NCBI GenBank assembly: GCA_964342715.1
Contig: CAYFGD010000001.1
Coordinates: 1-41,119 of the forward strand
Direction: 5' to 3'
Length of the DNA stretch: 41,119 nucleotides
From: an uncultured Candidatus Poseidoniales archaeon
GTDB taxonomy: Archaea > Thermoplasmatota > Poseidoniia > Poseidoniales > Thalassarchaeaceae
Shown: positions 25,748 through 34,665 of the stretch, piece after piece
Numbering within the stretch: position 1 is the first letter of the stretch
Layout: each line of letters opens with the position of its first letter
Program-made: the position numbers and the translations under genes
Notes under the pieces: model-generated
Told to the model about the DNA's origin: nothing
What the model saw: the letters and a program-made list of their open reading frames with translations, nothing else
The model's database searches: none

Positions 25748-26290
25748 ATGGCATTGAGTATGGAAAGACTGCTCAGAAATATCGTAGTTTTCATCTCAGT
25801 TATGACGATGCTAATTCTATTGCTAGCTGTTTCATTACTCCAGTACGGAGTAACGATTTCTGTGATTTCTTCAATCGTTTTATCTCTATTGACTATTCCA
25901 GTGGGAATTGCTGCAGCATTCTCCCTGAAATCAAGGGGCTCTCCAGGGCCTTGGTTAGGGTCATCATTCCTTCTGATGTGTGGATTTACATTGGGAATTT
26001 CCGGGGTTGCGATGTTCTCCATGGGTCAATTATTCCATGGAGCATTGTATATCCTACTGGGGATGAGTTCCGTCCGTAGAATTCGGACACTCAGGAGCGA
26101 GGCTTTCATGCAATGGTATTCTGGACAGGGGGGCACTATCGGCACAGGAGGGATTCTGAACGAAGGGGAGGTTCTAGCATCCTGTCCCAGCTGTCACAGT
26201 ATCCTGGCTGTGATTCCAAGTGAGTTGAGTATCGGTGACACGTGCCCCAATTGTAGTGGGTTTCTTGTCAGGGGGACTCTAACGCAATAG
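25748..26290 (+). CDS. 4-TM membrane protein with C-terminal zinc ribbon (unknown function)
   Basis: Four hydrophobic helices followed by CPSCHSILAVIPSELSIGDTCPNCSG. Possible starts are GTG 25721, ATG 25730, ATG 25748 and ATG 25760. Confidence 0.55.
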   Translation: MALSMERLLRNIVVFISVMTMLILLLAVSLLQYGVTISVISSIVLSLLTIPVGIAAAFSLKSRGSPGPWLGSSFLLMCGFTLGISGVAMFSMGQLFHGALYILLGMSSVRRIRTLRSEAFMQWYSGQGGTIGTGGILNEGEVLASCPSCHSILAVIPSELSIGDTCPNCSGFLVRGTLTQ

Positions 26291-27452
26291 CGATTCCCAT
26301 GCCCCCGCCTATGCACATTGTGGCAACTGCGCGATTGGAATTAGTTCTTTGAAGAAGAGAGGCAGCCTTTCCAGTAATCCGGGCCCCCGAGGCCCCAAGT
26401 GGGTGTCCTAAAGCCAGTGCTCCTCCGTCTATGTTGACTCTGTCCTCATCTATTCCCAACTCCCTAATTACCGCTATGCATTGTGATGCGAATGCCTCAT
26501 TGATCTCGAAGATGTCTACTGAATCTATGTCCCAATTTGCCCTTGAGAGCGCGAGTCTAGTGGCTTCGACAGGGCCAATGCCCATCAAGGCGGGGTCACA
26601 CCCGGTTACAGCACCGGAAACAATGCGGGCGAGCGGTTGGAGATTGTTGGATTTTGCAAAATCCTCGCTGCATACAAGCAATGAAACTGCTCCGTCTGTG
26701 AGCGGCGATGAAGTAGCTGCCGTTACAGTGCCGTCGTCACTGAAGGCAGGTTTTAATTTAGACATAGATTCCTTGTTCGCATCGGGCCTAATACAACCAT
26801 CAGTTTGAATCTGGACATAGGAGGAGTCGTATTCATGGGGATCCCAGGCAGATCCCAATTCATCGTCAAAAAAGCCCGATTGGGCTGCTTCACTGGCCTT
26901 AATATGCGAATTCAAGGCGAATAGTTCCTGCTCATCTCTTGATATCTGCCACTTCTCAGCGACGTTCTCAGCAGTAGTTCCCATATTCACATATGCATCA
27001 GAATACTTCTCCAATTCAGGATCAGGGCTCCAATTGAAGCCTCTTCTTTGGACCCTGCTCATTGACTCCACGCCTGAGCAAAGGATGCAATCTCCCCATC
27101 CGACCTCTATGTGTGCTGCTGCAGTAAGAATAGCTTGCATTGAAGAGCCGCACAGCCTATTGAAAGTCGCACCTGGGATGGTTTCAGCATTATCAAAACC
27201 TGTGATTTGAGACAATATCCTTCCTATGTTGTAGCCCTGCTCTCCTTCTGGGTATGCACATCCAACTAGAACATCGTCAATGAATGGGCTTCCATCCGAT
27301 TTGTATATCGGTATCCCACCCGGTTTACTGGCCCTGGAAAGTAATTGCCGGGTGATTTGCCCTAGCATCCTATCAGGTCTGACGTTGGCTAGCTTTCCTT
27401 TGTGGGCACGGTGGAACGGAGTCCTCATCCAGTCAACGATTACGGCCTTCAC
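26268..27452 (-). CDS. acetyl-CoA C-acyltransferase (thiolase, FadA/AtoB-like)
   Basis: NRLCGSSMQAI (active-site Cys), NEAFASQ, GGALALGHPLGASGAR and CIGGGMGIA. The ORF opens at TTG 27512; GTG 27452 (VKAVIVDWMRTPF) gives a canonical ~394-aa thiolase. Confidence 0.85.
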   Translation of the reverse strand: MKAVIVDWMRTPFHRAHKGKLANVRPDRMLGQITRQLLSRASKPGGIPIYKSDGSPFIDDVLVGCAYPEGEQGYNIGRILSQITGFDNAETIPGATFNRLCGSSMQAILTAAAHIEVGWGDCILCSGVESMSRVQRRGFNWSPDPELEKYSDAYVNMGTTAENVAEKWQISRDEQELFALNSHIKASEAAQSGFFDDELGSAWDPHEYDSSYVQIQTDGCIRPDANKESMSKLKPAFSDDGTVTAATSSPLTDGAVSLLVCSEDFAKSNNLQPLARIVSGAVTGCDPALMGIGPVEATRLALSRANWDIDSVDIFEINEAFASQCIAVIRELGIDEDRVNIDGGALALGHPLGASGARITGKAASLLQRTNSNRAVATMCIGGGMGIAIALESP

Positions 27453-27555
27453 AGTATCGCGGGGAATATCAGGGACATAACCGTTGAGTAAGTGGATAAT
27501 TGGTAATTTCAACCGAGGGGTTCATCAAATAATTGCATCTCGAACGGCTGATACA

Positions 27556-28242
27556 ATGATTAGAGAGTGCAGTACACATGGATATTTCTCCGATGACGAC
27601 CTTTGTCCGGCTTGCAACTCGGAAGGTAAATTCATAATGAGGGGAAACGAAAGAGACACGATAGCTAGGAGGCTCGCTCTGGTTCTCAGGCACGCACCGG
27701 AGAAGTTTGATCTGGAAATGGACATCAATGGCTGGATTGATGTTAAGGACATAATCTACCAGTTCAAGAAGTCCAATGAGAGAAGGTTTCACTGGCTAAG
27801 GCCTCACCACTTCAGAGCCATCTCGGAAACTGATCCTAAGGGGCGCTACGAAGTTAGAGGGAATATGATGAGAGCAACTTATGGGCATAGCTTGGAGATA
27901 GAGTTGGACCTTCCCACTGAGAATATTCCCCCTCTCCTATACTACCCGTGCTCGCCCGACGAGGCAGAAAATCTGATTGAAGTTGGGATTTCTCCTAGTG
28001 GAAGGTCCCATGTTCACCTATCGGCTACCATTAGGGCAGCGGCCGAAGCCGGACATGTGCACCATTCTAGCCCCTCCCTATTGGAAGTCGACACTGCAAG
28101 AATGGTGGCCTCCGGCGACACGATATGGCATGCTGGAGTGACTGTGTATCTTGCCGACTCAGTCTCGGGGGAATACCTGAGTGTTTTGCCTGATGATGAC
28201 CCAGAATTCGAAGCCGCGAGAGCAAGGTGGGAAGAAGAGTAA
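27556..28242 (+). CDS. kptA: RNA 2'-phosphotransferase (Tpt1/KptA) with N-terminal zinc-knuckle extension
   Basis: RRLALVLRHAPEKFDLEMDINGWIDV, RYEV..MMRATYGHS and SHVHLS are Tpt1 motifs. The N-terminus MIRECSTHGYFSDDDLCPACNS has C-x2-H-x8-C-x2-C spacing. ATG 27556 was chosen. Confidence 0.85.
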   Translation: MIRECSTHGYFSDDDLCPACNSEGKFIMRGNERDTIARRLALVLRHAPEKFDLEMDINGWIDVKDIIYQFKKSNERRFHWLRPHHFRAISETDPKGRYEVRGNMMRATYGHSLEIELDLPTENIPPLLYYPCSPDEAENLIEVGISPSGRSHVHLSATIRAAAEAGHVHHSSPSLLEVDTARMVASGDTIWHAGVTVYLADSVSGEYLSVLPDDDPEFEAARARWEEE

Positions 28243-28590
28243 CTAACTCATTTCGCCACAAACAGTGCAAAAGCCGAGATCTTGTTCAATTTCGGAGTCG
28301 CATATTGGACACCTTGTGATATCGGACCTCGAATTAGTTGACTGGGGCTCAGAGATGCTCCTAACAGATTTCTCTGAATTTACAAAAGGAGGGGAGACTT
28401 GAAGCTCTTCGAGGATTTTCAGGGATTCTCTGAAAGAAATAGCCTCTCTTATTGCAGACTCGATCTGTAATCGTCTACGTTCCCTGTCCACTGGGTCATC
28501 AATGGATGAAGTCATGGAAAGTTGTGTTTGTAGCCATCTCTGGAAATTTTCCATATCATTGGGCTCGGCCATATGGGTGCGAGAGGACAT
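28243..28590 (-). CDS. hypothetical protein with C-terminal zinc ribbon
   Basis: 115 aa with a helical N-terminal part and C-terminal CPICDSEIEQDLGFCTVCGE. ATG start. Its stop abuts the kptA stop with zero spacing. Confidence 0.5.
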   Translation of the reverse strand: MSSRTHMAEPNDMENFQRWLQTQLSMTSSIDDPVDRERRRLQIESAIREAISFRESLKILEELQVSPPFVNSEKSVRSISEPQSTNSRSDITRCPICDSEIEQDLGFCTVCGEMS

Positions 28591-28664
28591 ACTGAAATGA
28601 ACCCTGTGTGTATTGGTTGAGTAGGAGAACCCAAATCATTTGGCCTTCTCGGATAAGTGAGCAA

Positions 28665-29462
28665 ATGGGCAGTACAGTGGTTATCAAGATGGGCGGTGGC
28701 CTAATTACTGACAAATCCAAACATAAGTCGGTGAAGATGGGAGTAATTGATTCCCTCTCAAACATGGTATCAATTCTAATAGAAGAGGGGAATTCTGTGA
28801 TTATAGTTCATGGTGCAGGATCATTTGGACATCTCACAGCAAAGGAGTGGGGCCTTTCCGAGGGGGTTAAGGAAGAGATTTCCGAGGAGCAGAGGGGAGC
28901 AGTAGTCCAAGTACGTGCGGACATGATTGAGTTGTGTGGTTTCGTCATGAGAAGTTTGGAAGGCAGGGGCCTGGAGTGTAAATCACTCCCTCCCTCCAAT
29001 TGGGCGACAGGCACCGGTTCTGATTTTTCTGGTAGTTTGCAGGGATTTATCGAGTCGTCGCAAAGCGAGGTTATGGTCACATTCGGGGACGTTGTCGAGA
29101 AGGATGATCATTCTGAGTTTGGAATACTCTCAGGTGATGACCTTATGGCGAGACTATCAATTGAGATTCCAGGAGTGGAATACTCCATTTTTCTTCTAGG
29201 GGACTCGCCTGGAATGATGGATATGCCACCAAATATGGATGGTGCGGAGTTGCTAGATGTGTGGTCACCCGGGATAGATGCGGAAACATTCCATAACACG
29301 GAAGAGGACGTAACTGGGGGAATTGAGCTCAAGGCCCGGAGGGCCGCCGAAATCGCTAGGCACGTGCCCAATGTTTGGTTTATCGACGGGAGAGAGCCAA
29401 GCAGAGTTGTTGACCTTGTCGTTGATGGATTATTGCCCATAGGAACGAAGATATTGCCCTAA
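28665..29462 (+). CDS. ipk: isopentenyl phosphate kinase (IPK; amino-acid-kinase fold)
   Basis: VVIKMGGGLITDK and IVHGAGSFGH motifs, ~265 aa. ATG 28665 was chosen. The stop TAA overlaps the next ATG (TAATG). Confidence 0.85.
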   Translation: MGSTVVIKMGGGLITDKSKHKSVKMGVIDSLSNMVSILIEEGNSVIIVHGAGSFGHLTAKEWGLSEGVKEEISEEQRGAVVQVRADMIELCGFVMRSLEGRGLECKSLPPSNWATGTGSDFSGSLQGFIESSQSEVMVTFGDVVEKDDHSEFGILSGDDLMARLSIEIPGVEYSIFLLGDSPGMMDMPPNMDGAELLDVWSPGIDAETFHNTEEDVTGGIELKARRAAEIARHVPNVWFIDGREPSRVVDLVVDGLLPIGTKILP

Positions 29463-31192
29463 TGGTGGATTTCGATTATATGTTGCCGATTCCTCCGGGA
29501 ATTATGGCGAGTCATGATGGGGCACTTAGCGGACAAGACAGCTCTCAGGCTGAGATGATGTCTGAAATGTGCATCTTGGTCGATAGTTCGGACAGAAAGG
29601 TTGGTTCCGATTCGAAATTAAATTGTCACTATGGGGAGGGGATTCTGCACAGAGCATTCAGTGTGATAATGTTTGATGGGGAAGGAAAAATGCTAGTGCA
29701 GCAGAGGTCTCACGACAAAATCACTTTCCCATCTATTTGGGCAAACTCATGTTGTAGTCACCCTCTGGATATACCTGGTGAGAATGGTGATCCTGCCGAG
29801 GGAGCTATCAATGCAGCGAAAAGGAAGCTTTCTCAGGAGCTAGGAGTTTCCGAGAGTGATATTTCGAAGATTGAGTTCCGACACGTAGGATCATTCCTTT
29901 ACGAGTGTAGATGGGATGAAGACTGGATTGAGAGAGAGGTAGATCACGTATTGATAGCTACTACGGACTCAATTGATGTGAATCCTAATCCAAACGAAAT
30001 ATCGGATCACAGGTGGTTGGAGGGAGATGAAATTGAGGGCATGTTTTCTGGCTCAGGAATTTGGGAAGGAGAGGTTGTTGCACCGTGGTTCAGGCTTCTA
30101 TGGAATAGGTTCCTAGCAGAGCATTATCCAAATTTCAATGATGTTCCCGCCGTTGACGGAGTTGTTAACTTCGGTGAGGTCACAATGGATGGTCGGCCGG
30201 TAGACCCCGGACAGAACCTAATGATGGCGATAGGCAGCCACCGTGAGAATGTCGAGAAAGTGATTATGCAAAGTCTCAGTAAAATGAAACAAGAGAGGCT
30301 GCACGGGGCCATGAAGCACCTGTTCACCGGGGGTGGCAAGAGGCTGAGGGCCACATTGCCTAGATTGGTAGGCGAAGCTGTAGGTGAGGCGCATGAGGGG
30401 CACTACACTCTCGGTGCATCGATCGAGATCATTCATAATTTCACCCTTGTGCATGATGATTTGATGGACGAAGATCCAATCAGACGGGGACTGGAAGCAG
30501 TGCATGTAGCTTATGACGATTCTACGGCGATTAATGCGGGGGACGCGATGCTCGCAGTCGCATTTGAGATTCTCGCAGAGTCCCCCCATATAGGACAGGA
30601 CAAGCTTGGTTTCCTAGTGAGATCCATTGGAGAGATGGTGAGAAATGTTGCTAGCGGTCAGCAGGAGGATATATCGTTCGAAACTAGGGATTCTGTTTCG
30701 GAAGATGAATACATCGAGATGATCAAAGGCAAGACGAGCGTGATGTTTGAAACGTGTGCTGGAACGGGAGCTATACTTGCAAGTGCATCGGATGAAGCGG
30801 TTGATAACATGAAGAAGTGGGGGCTGAATCTAGGGCTTTGTTTTCAGCTGATGGATGATTTGATTGACATAACTGGAGATACAGAGACTCTTGGAAAGCC
30901 AGCCGGTTCGGATATCGTCCAGGGTAAAAAGACCCTGATTGCGATCCATGCCCTAAATTGTGGGCATGAAATGCCAGCATTTTCACAGGCTTATGGATCG
31001 GGCGATTGCTCTGACGATTTGCTATCGAAAGCTGTGGCTGAATTGCATGAAAGTGGATCTATAGAGTACGCGAAGAATAGAGCGATGCATCACCACGCCA
31101 TTGCACATGGATGTCTGGACGAGGTTCCTGACGGATCAGCTCTGAGCGTCCTCAGGGAACTTACTGATTTCCAGCTAGTCAGGATAAACTAA
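29462..31192 (+). CDS. fusion: type-1 isopentenyl-diphosphate isomerase (Nudix-fold IDI) + geranylgeranyl diphosphate synthase
   Basis: The N-terminal ~215 aa carry HRAFSV..., WANSCCSHPL and EREVDHV (IDI-1). The C-terminal ~330 aa carry the FARM motif LVHDDLMDED (Phe at position -5, a short-chain determinant) and the SARM motif FQLMDDLID. Confidence 0.85.
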   Translation: MVDFDYMLPIPPGIMASHDGALSGQDSSQAEMMSEMCILVDSSDRKVGSDSKLNCHYGEGILHRAFSVIMFDGEGKMLVQQRSHDKITFPSIWANSCCSHPLDIPGENGDPAEGAINAAKRKLSQELGVSESDISKIEFRHVGSFLYECRWDEDWIEREVDHVLIATTDSIDVNPNPNEISDHRWLEGDEIEGMFSGSGIWEGEVVAPWFRLLWNRFLAEHYPNFNDVPAVDGVVNFGEVTMDGRPVDPGQNLMMAIGSHRENVEKVIMQSLSKMKQERLHGAMKHLFTGGGKRLRATLPRLVGEAVGEAHEGHYTLGASIEIIHNFTLVHDDLMDEDPIRRGLEAVHVAYDDSTAINAGDAMLAVAFEILAESPHIGQDKLGFLVRSIGEMVRNVASGQQEDISFETRDSVSEDEYIEMIKGKTSVMFETCAGTGAILASASDEAVDNMKKWGLNLGLCFQLMDDLIDITGDTETLGKPAGSDIVQGKKTLIAIHALNCGHEMPAFSQAYGSGDCSDDLLSKAVAELHESGSIEYAKNRAMHHHAIAHGCLDEVPDGSALSVLRELTDFQLVRIN

Positions 31193-33400
31193 TCAATCCT
31201 GGTAATGGGATTCTCCTGGAATATCTGGGTTGAGTCCCTTCCTCTCTCTGATCTCAGCCGTGACCTTCTCGAAGAGATTTGGCGGTAGGTGCACGAATCC
31301 GGCGTTCTCGGTGTTCCAAATTGCCCTTCCCTGGCTGGCAGCACGGATGTCGTTTGAGAAGCCGAAAGTCTCGGCAACGGGTATTGTTCCTATGACCTTA
31401 GTAACTCCATCCTCAACTGGCATGTCCTCGATAATACCCCTCCTCGTTGAAACCTCTCTTGTGACTCCGCCGATTACATCGTTGGGTGAGTCGATCTGGA
31501 TCTTTTGAATAGGCTCAAAGATTACCGGCCTAGATCTCATGAATGCCCCCTTTACTGCGTTTCTAACTGCGGGTATGGTTTGAGCGGGACCTCTGTGTAT
31601 GGCGTCTTCGTGAAGCTTGGCGTCAACTAGCCTAACCATCACGCCCATCAAGGGCTCGTCGGCAACGGGGCCTTTCTTGCATACATCATTGAAACCCTCA
31701 ATAATTAGCTCCCTTGTCTCGTGAAGGTTCTGAATACCCTTTGTGTCATTGACTAGAACGTTTGTCCCGTTGATAGCGTAAATTTTCCTCATCAGATCCT
31801 TATCCATGCCAAGCTCGGCAAACTTGTCCCCGACTTCTTTGGCATCCTTAGTTCTGACTGCTCCATCCCTGAATTCACCGGCCCTGAGTTGTTCGACGAC
31901 GACATCGGGAAGAGGTTCAATCTCAATGTAGAATCGGTTGTGCCGGTTAGGGGACTTGCCTTCAAATGGACTTCCAGTGTTTGTGCTCTGAACGGACTCC
32001 CTGTAGACGACAATGGGCTCGCTGACCTTGACCTTGATGCCTTGCTCTTCTTCGAGCCTATATACCGTGATTTCTAGATGTAGTTCACCCATTCCTGCCA
32101 ACAAAGCCTCACCAGTTTCCTGGTTGGTTGAGACGTCCAATGAGGCGTCTGCCTTTGCTAGGCCCCTGAGGGCATCAATGAACTTGGGGAGGTCCTTCAT
32201 CGACTTCGGCTCAACTGCAACAGTGACGACTGGTTCTGAAATATGCCTAATTGCCTCGAATGGAGCTGCGTCCTCCTCCCTGGCTATGGTCACTCCTGCA
32301 GCTGCACTACGAATTCCTGTGATTGCAGCAATATTACCCGAAGTGACCTCTGATGTAGCGATTCTATCTCCCCCGACCATCATTCCAACCTGCTGAACCC
32401 TCTCTGCCTTAGCGGCCCCAATAGCCCAAACTGATTCTCCATGCTTAATCCTGCCAGAGTAAACCCTACCTACGGCAACCTCACCCGCATGAGGGTCCAT
32501 CCAGATTTTGGTAATCATGAGGGAAAGTGGACCGTCTGGATCGCACTCAATCATTGCCTTACCGACACCTGACTCAAGGTCTCCCTGCCAAATGTTGGGT
32601 ATTCTGTACTTCTGAGCCACTACGGGAGAGGGGTGCTTCTCTACAGTCATGTCAAGAAGAACTGTGTGAACCGGTGCGAGTTTTGCTAACTCCTTCTGAT
32701 TGTCATTATGGCAGTATTCGAAAATCTGCGTGAAATTAAGACCGCTCTTTTGCATGTAGGGGATTGACATTCCCCAGTTGTAATACGCGGAGCCGAATGC
32801 TACGGTCCCCTTCTGAACGGATACCTGCCACTCTCTACTGAGATCCGAAGGTGCATATGTGGAAATGAGCTTGTTGACCTTGGTAATGATTTTCTCAAAT
32901 CTAGTCATCATCTCCGGACCATCAATCTGGAGCTCGTTAATCAATCTGTCCACTTTGTTGATGAAAAGAACGGGACGGACCTTCTCCTTCAGAGCCTGTC
33001 GAACGACTGTCTCAGTCTGGGGCATTGTGCCCTCTACAGCGCATGCAAGGATTATGCAACCATCAACGGCCCTCATGGCCCTAGTCACGTCCCCACCAAA
33101 ATCGACGTGTCCTGGAGTATCAATTAGATTGATCAGGTAATCCTGCCCATCTACGCTGTGTACCATTGAGGCACTGGCGGCATTGATTGTGATTCCACGT
33201 GCACTTTCCTGCTCGTCGAAGTCCAGTACTCTTGACTTGCCCGCGAGGTCCTCTGACATCATCCCGGCGCCCGCAATTAGGTTGTCAGAAAGCGTCGTCT
33301 TACCGTGATCAATGTGAGCAGCGATGGCGATGTTTCTGATGTGCTCTCTATCATGCATTATCTCTGTTGCACGCTTGATGTTGTCTTCCTTACGACCCAT
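31193..33400 (-). CDS. fusA: translation elongation factor 2 (aEF-2)
   Basis: G1 AHIDHGKTTLSD, G3 DTPGHVDF, and diphthamide-site HEDAIHRGPAQ. 735 aa. Confidence 0.95.
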   Translation of the reverse strand: MGRKEDNIKRATEIMHDREHIRNIAIAAHIDHGKTTLSDNLIAGAGMMSEDLAGKSRVLDFDEQESARGITINAASASMVHSVDGQDYLINLIDTPGHVDFGGDVTRAMRAVDGCIILACAVEGTMPQTETVVRQALKEKVRPVLFINKVDRLINELQIDGPEMMTRFEKIITKVNKLISTYAPSDLSREWQVSVQKGTVAFGSAYYNWGMSIPYMQKSGLNFTQIFEYCHNDNQKELAKLAPVHTVLLDMTVEKHPSPVVAQKYRIPNIWQGDLESGVGKAMIECDPDGPLSLMITKIWMDPHAGEVAVGRVYSGRIKHGESVWAIGAAKAERVQQVGMMVGGDRIATSEVTSGNIAAITGIRSAAAGVTIAREEDAAPFEAIRHISEPVVTVAVEPKSMKDLPKFIDALRGLAKADASLDVSTNQETGEALLAGMGELHLEITVYRLEEEQGIKVKVSEPIVVYRESVQSTNTGSPFEGKSPNRHNRFYIEIEPLPDVVVEQLRAGEFRDGAVRTKDAKEVGDKFAELGMDKDLMRKIYAINGTNVLVNDTKGIQNLHETRELIIEGFNDVCKKGPVADEPLMGVMVRLVDAKLHEDAIHRGPAQTIPAVRNAVKGAFMRSRPVIFEPIQKIQIDSPNDVIGGVTREVSTRRGIIEDMPVEDGVTKVIGTIPVAETFGFSNDIRAASQGRAIWNTENAGFVHLPPNLFEKVTAEIRERKGLNPDIPGESHYQD

Positions 33401-33501
33401 CTCTATTCCTCAATAGGTGCGACGACCTGACTTTGGTTCATAAATACAATTGTGAAGGTGGCATAATATGCCTCAGTGGTCTGATTTAGAGCTAACACGG
33501 A

Positions 33502-34098
33502 TCATCTGGCGGATGCAGCTACTCTCTCTATTTCCTCTCTCTTACCTATAGAGAATGCGCCAACGTCCCCCTCGGCTGCTTTTGTGATTTCGTTCACGAT
33601 GCCCTGAGTGAGTGTTCTTTTGCTCCCCGCTGTAGCTGTAGCACAACCTATGGACAGGTTCCTTAGAGCAATGTCTAGTCGTCTGCTGGGCGAAGAGTCG
33701 ACTGCCTTGGGGGTACTTACCGCTCCCAGCTTTATCCTGGTTATTTCCTCGCATGGTGCAGCCTCTACGATAGCATCTATGAATGATTGAAGAGGATTCT
33801 CCCCCGTTCTCTCGTTCATTGAGTCTAGAGCGGCTTCGAACGCCTTGACGCAGTGTTGCTTCTTTCCGGAGAACTTTCCTGTTCTCATCAGGTTGTTGAT
33901 GAACCTCTCCACTACGGAAAGCTTGGCCTTACCAAACCATGCGTTTGCGTGCCTACCTCCGCTGTGAGGAGTCCCTATGGTTGTCAGGTTGATGTAGGGA
34001 GCCAGACCAGGGTCAGAGCACGTTACCTCAGTTGCGTCCCACTTTCCGAAAACCATGGTTCCTATTCCGGCTATGGGAGAGTCCGCATTCTCGGTCAT
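33502..34098 (-). CDS. rps7: 30S ribosomal protein uS7
   Basis: 198 aa, lying between uS12 and aEF-2 (conserved str-operon order). uS7-like sequence (FINNLMRTGKFSGKK..., C-terminal REEIERVAASAR). Confidence 0.9.
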   Translation of the reverse strand: MTENADSPIAGIGTMVFGKWDATEVTCSDPGLAPYINLTTIGTPHSGGRHANAWFGKAKLSVVERFINNLMRTGKFSGKKQHCVKAFEAALDSMNERTGENPLQSFIDAIVEAAPCEEITRIKLGAVSTPKAVDSSPSRRLDIALRNLSIGCATATAGSKRTLTQGIVNEITKAAEGDVGAFSIGKREEIERVAASAR

Positions 34099-34106
34099 CT
34101 TGATAC

Positions 34107-34547
34107 CTACCTAATTGGCTTCTCCTTGCGACCCCTTACCATTTCGTCTAGAGATACGCCATTGACCTTGATTACCTTGAACCTGACACCGGGAAGGTCG
34201 CCATATGAACGGCCCTTGCTGCCTCCAATACCTTCTACGAGAACCTCGTCGTGCTCATCTATGAATGAGATGGCGCCATCGCCGGGTGCGAATGCGGTTA
34301 GTTGGTTTCCAGTCTTGATGAGGCTGATCTTGACTGCCTTTCTGATTCCAGAATTGGGCTGTTTTGCCTCGAAACCTACCTTCTCGACTACTATTCCCTT
34401 AGCCTGAGTGCTCCCTCGGAGCGGGTCATGCTTCAGCACGCCCCCCCTCTGTTGCTTGAATTGTCGGTCTCGGAACTTGCGCTCCTTCCACCTGTACCTC
34501 TTCCTATCGGTCTTCATCTTCTGGCCGGAGAACAGTCCTCTACCCAA
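34107..34547 (-). CDS. rps12: 30S ribosomal protein uS12
   Basis: [31 protein letters not shown] and [21 protein letters not shown] start at 34547, supported by alignment of [17 protein letters not shown] to the usual archaeal N-terminus. Confidence 0.9.
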   Translation of the reverse strand: MGRGLFSGQKMKTDRKRYRWKERKFRDRQFKQQRGGVLKHDPLRGSTQAKGIVVEKVGFEAKQPNSGIRKAVKISLIKTGNQLTAFAPGDGAISFIDEHDEVLVEGIGGSKGRSYGDLPGVRFKVIKVNGVSLDEMVRGRKEKPIR

Positions 34548-34665
34548 AGTGACACCTCAGAATGACGCCTCGCCGACCCTCATGGGGTATAAGAGCGTGA
34601 CGGGGTCACCGTAGGTGAGTAGCGCTCTAGGTGCAATACTCTCACTAACATTGAAGCACGACCTG

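Noticed and set aside
25732-26022. N-terminal 97 codons of the coaBC track ORF
   Set aside because: Canonical CoaBC starts just before the flavoprotein GG motif, and the region is better explained by the plus-strand 4-TM zinc-ribbon ORF.
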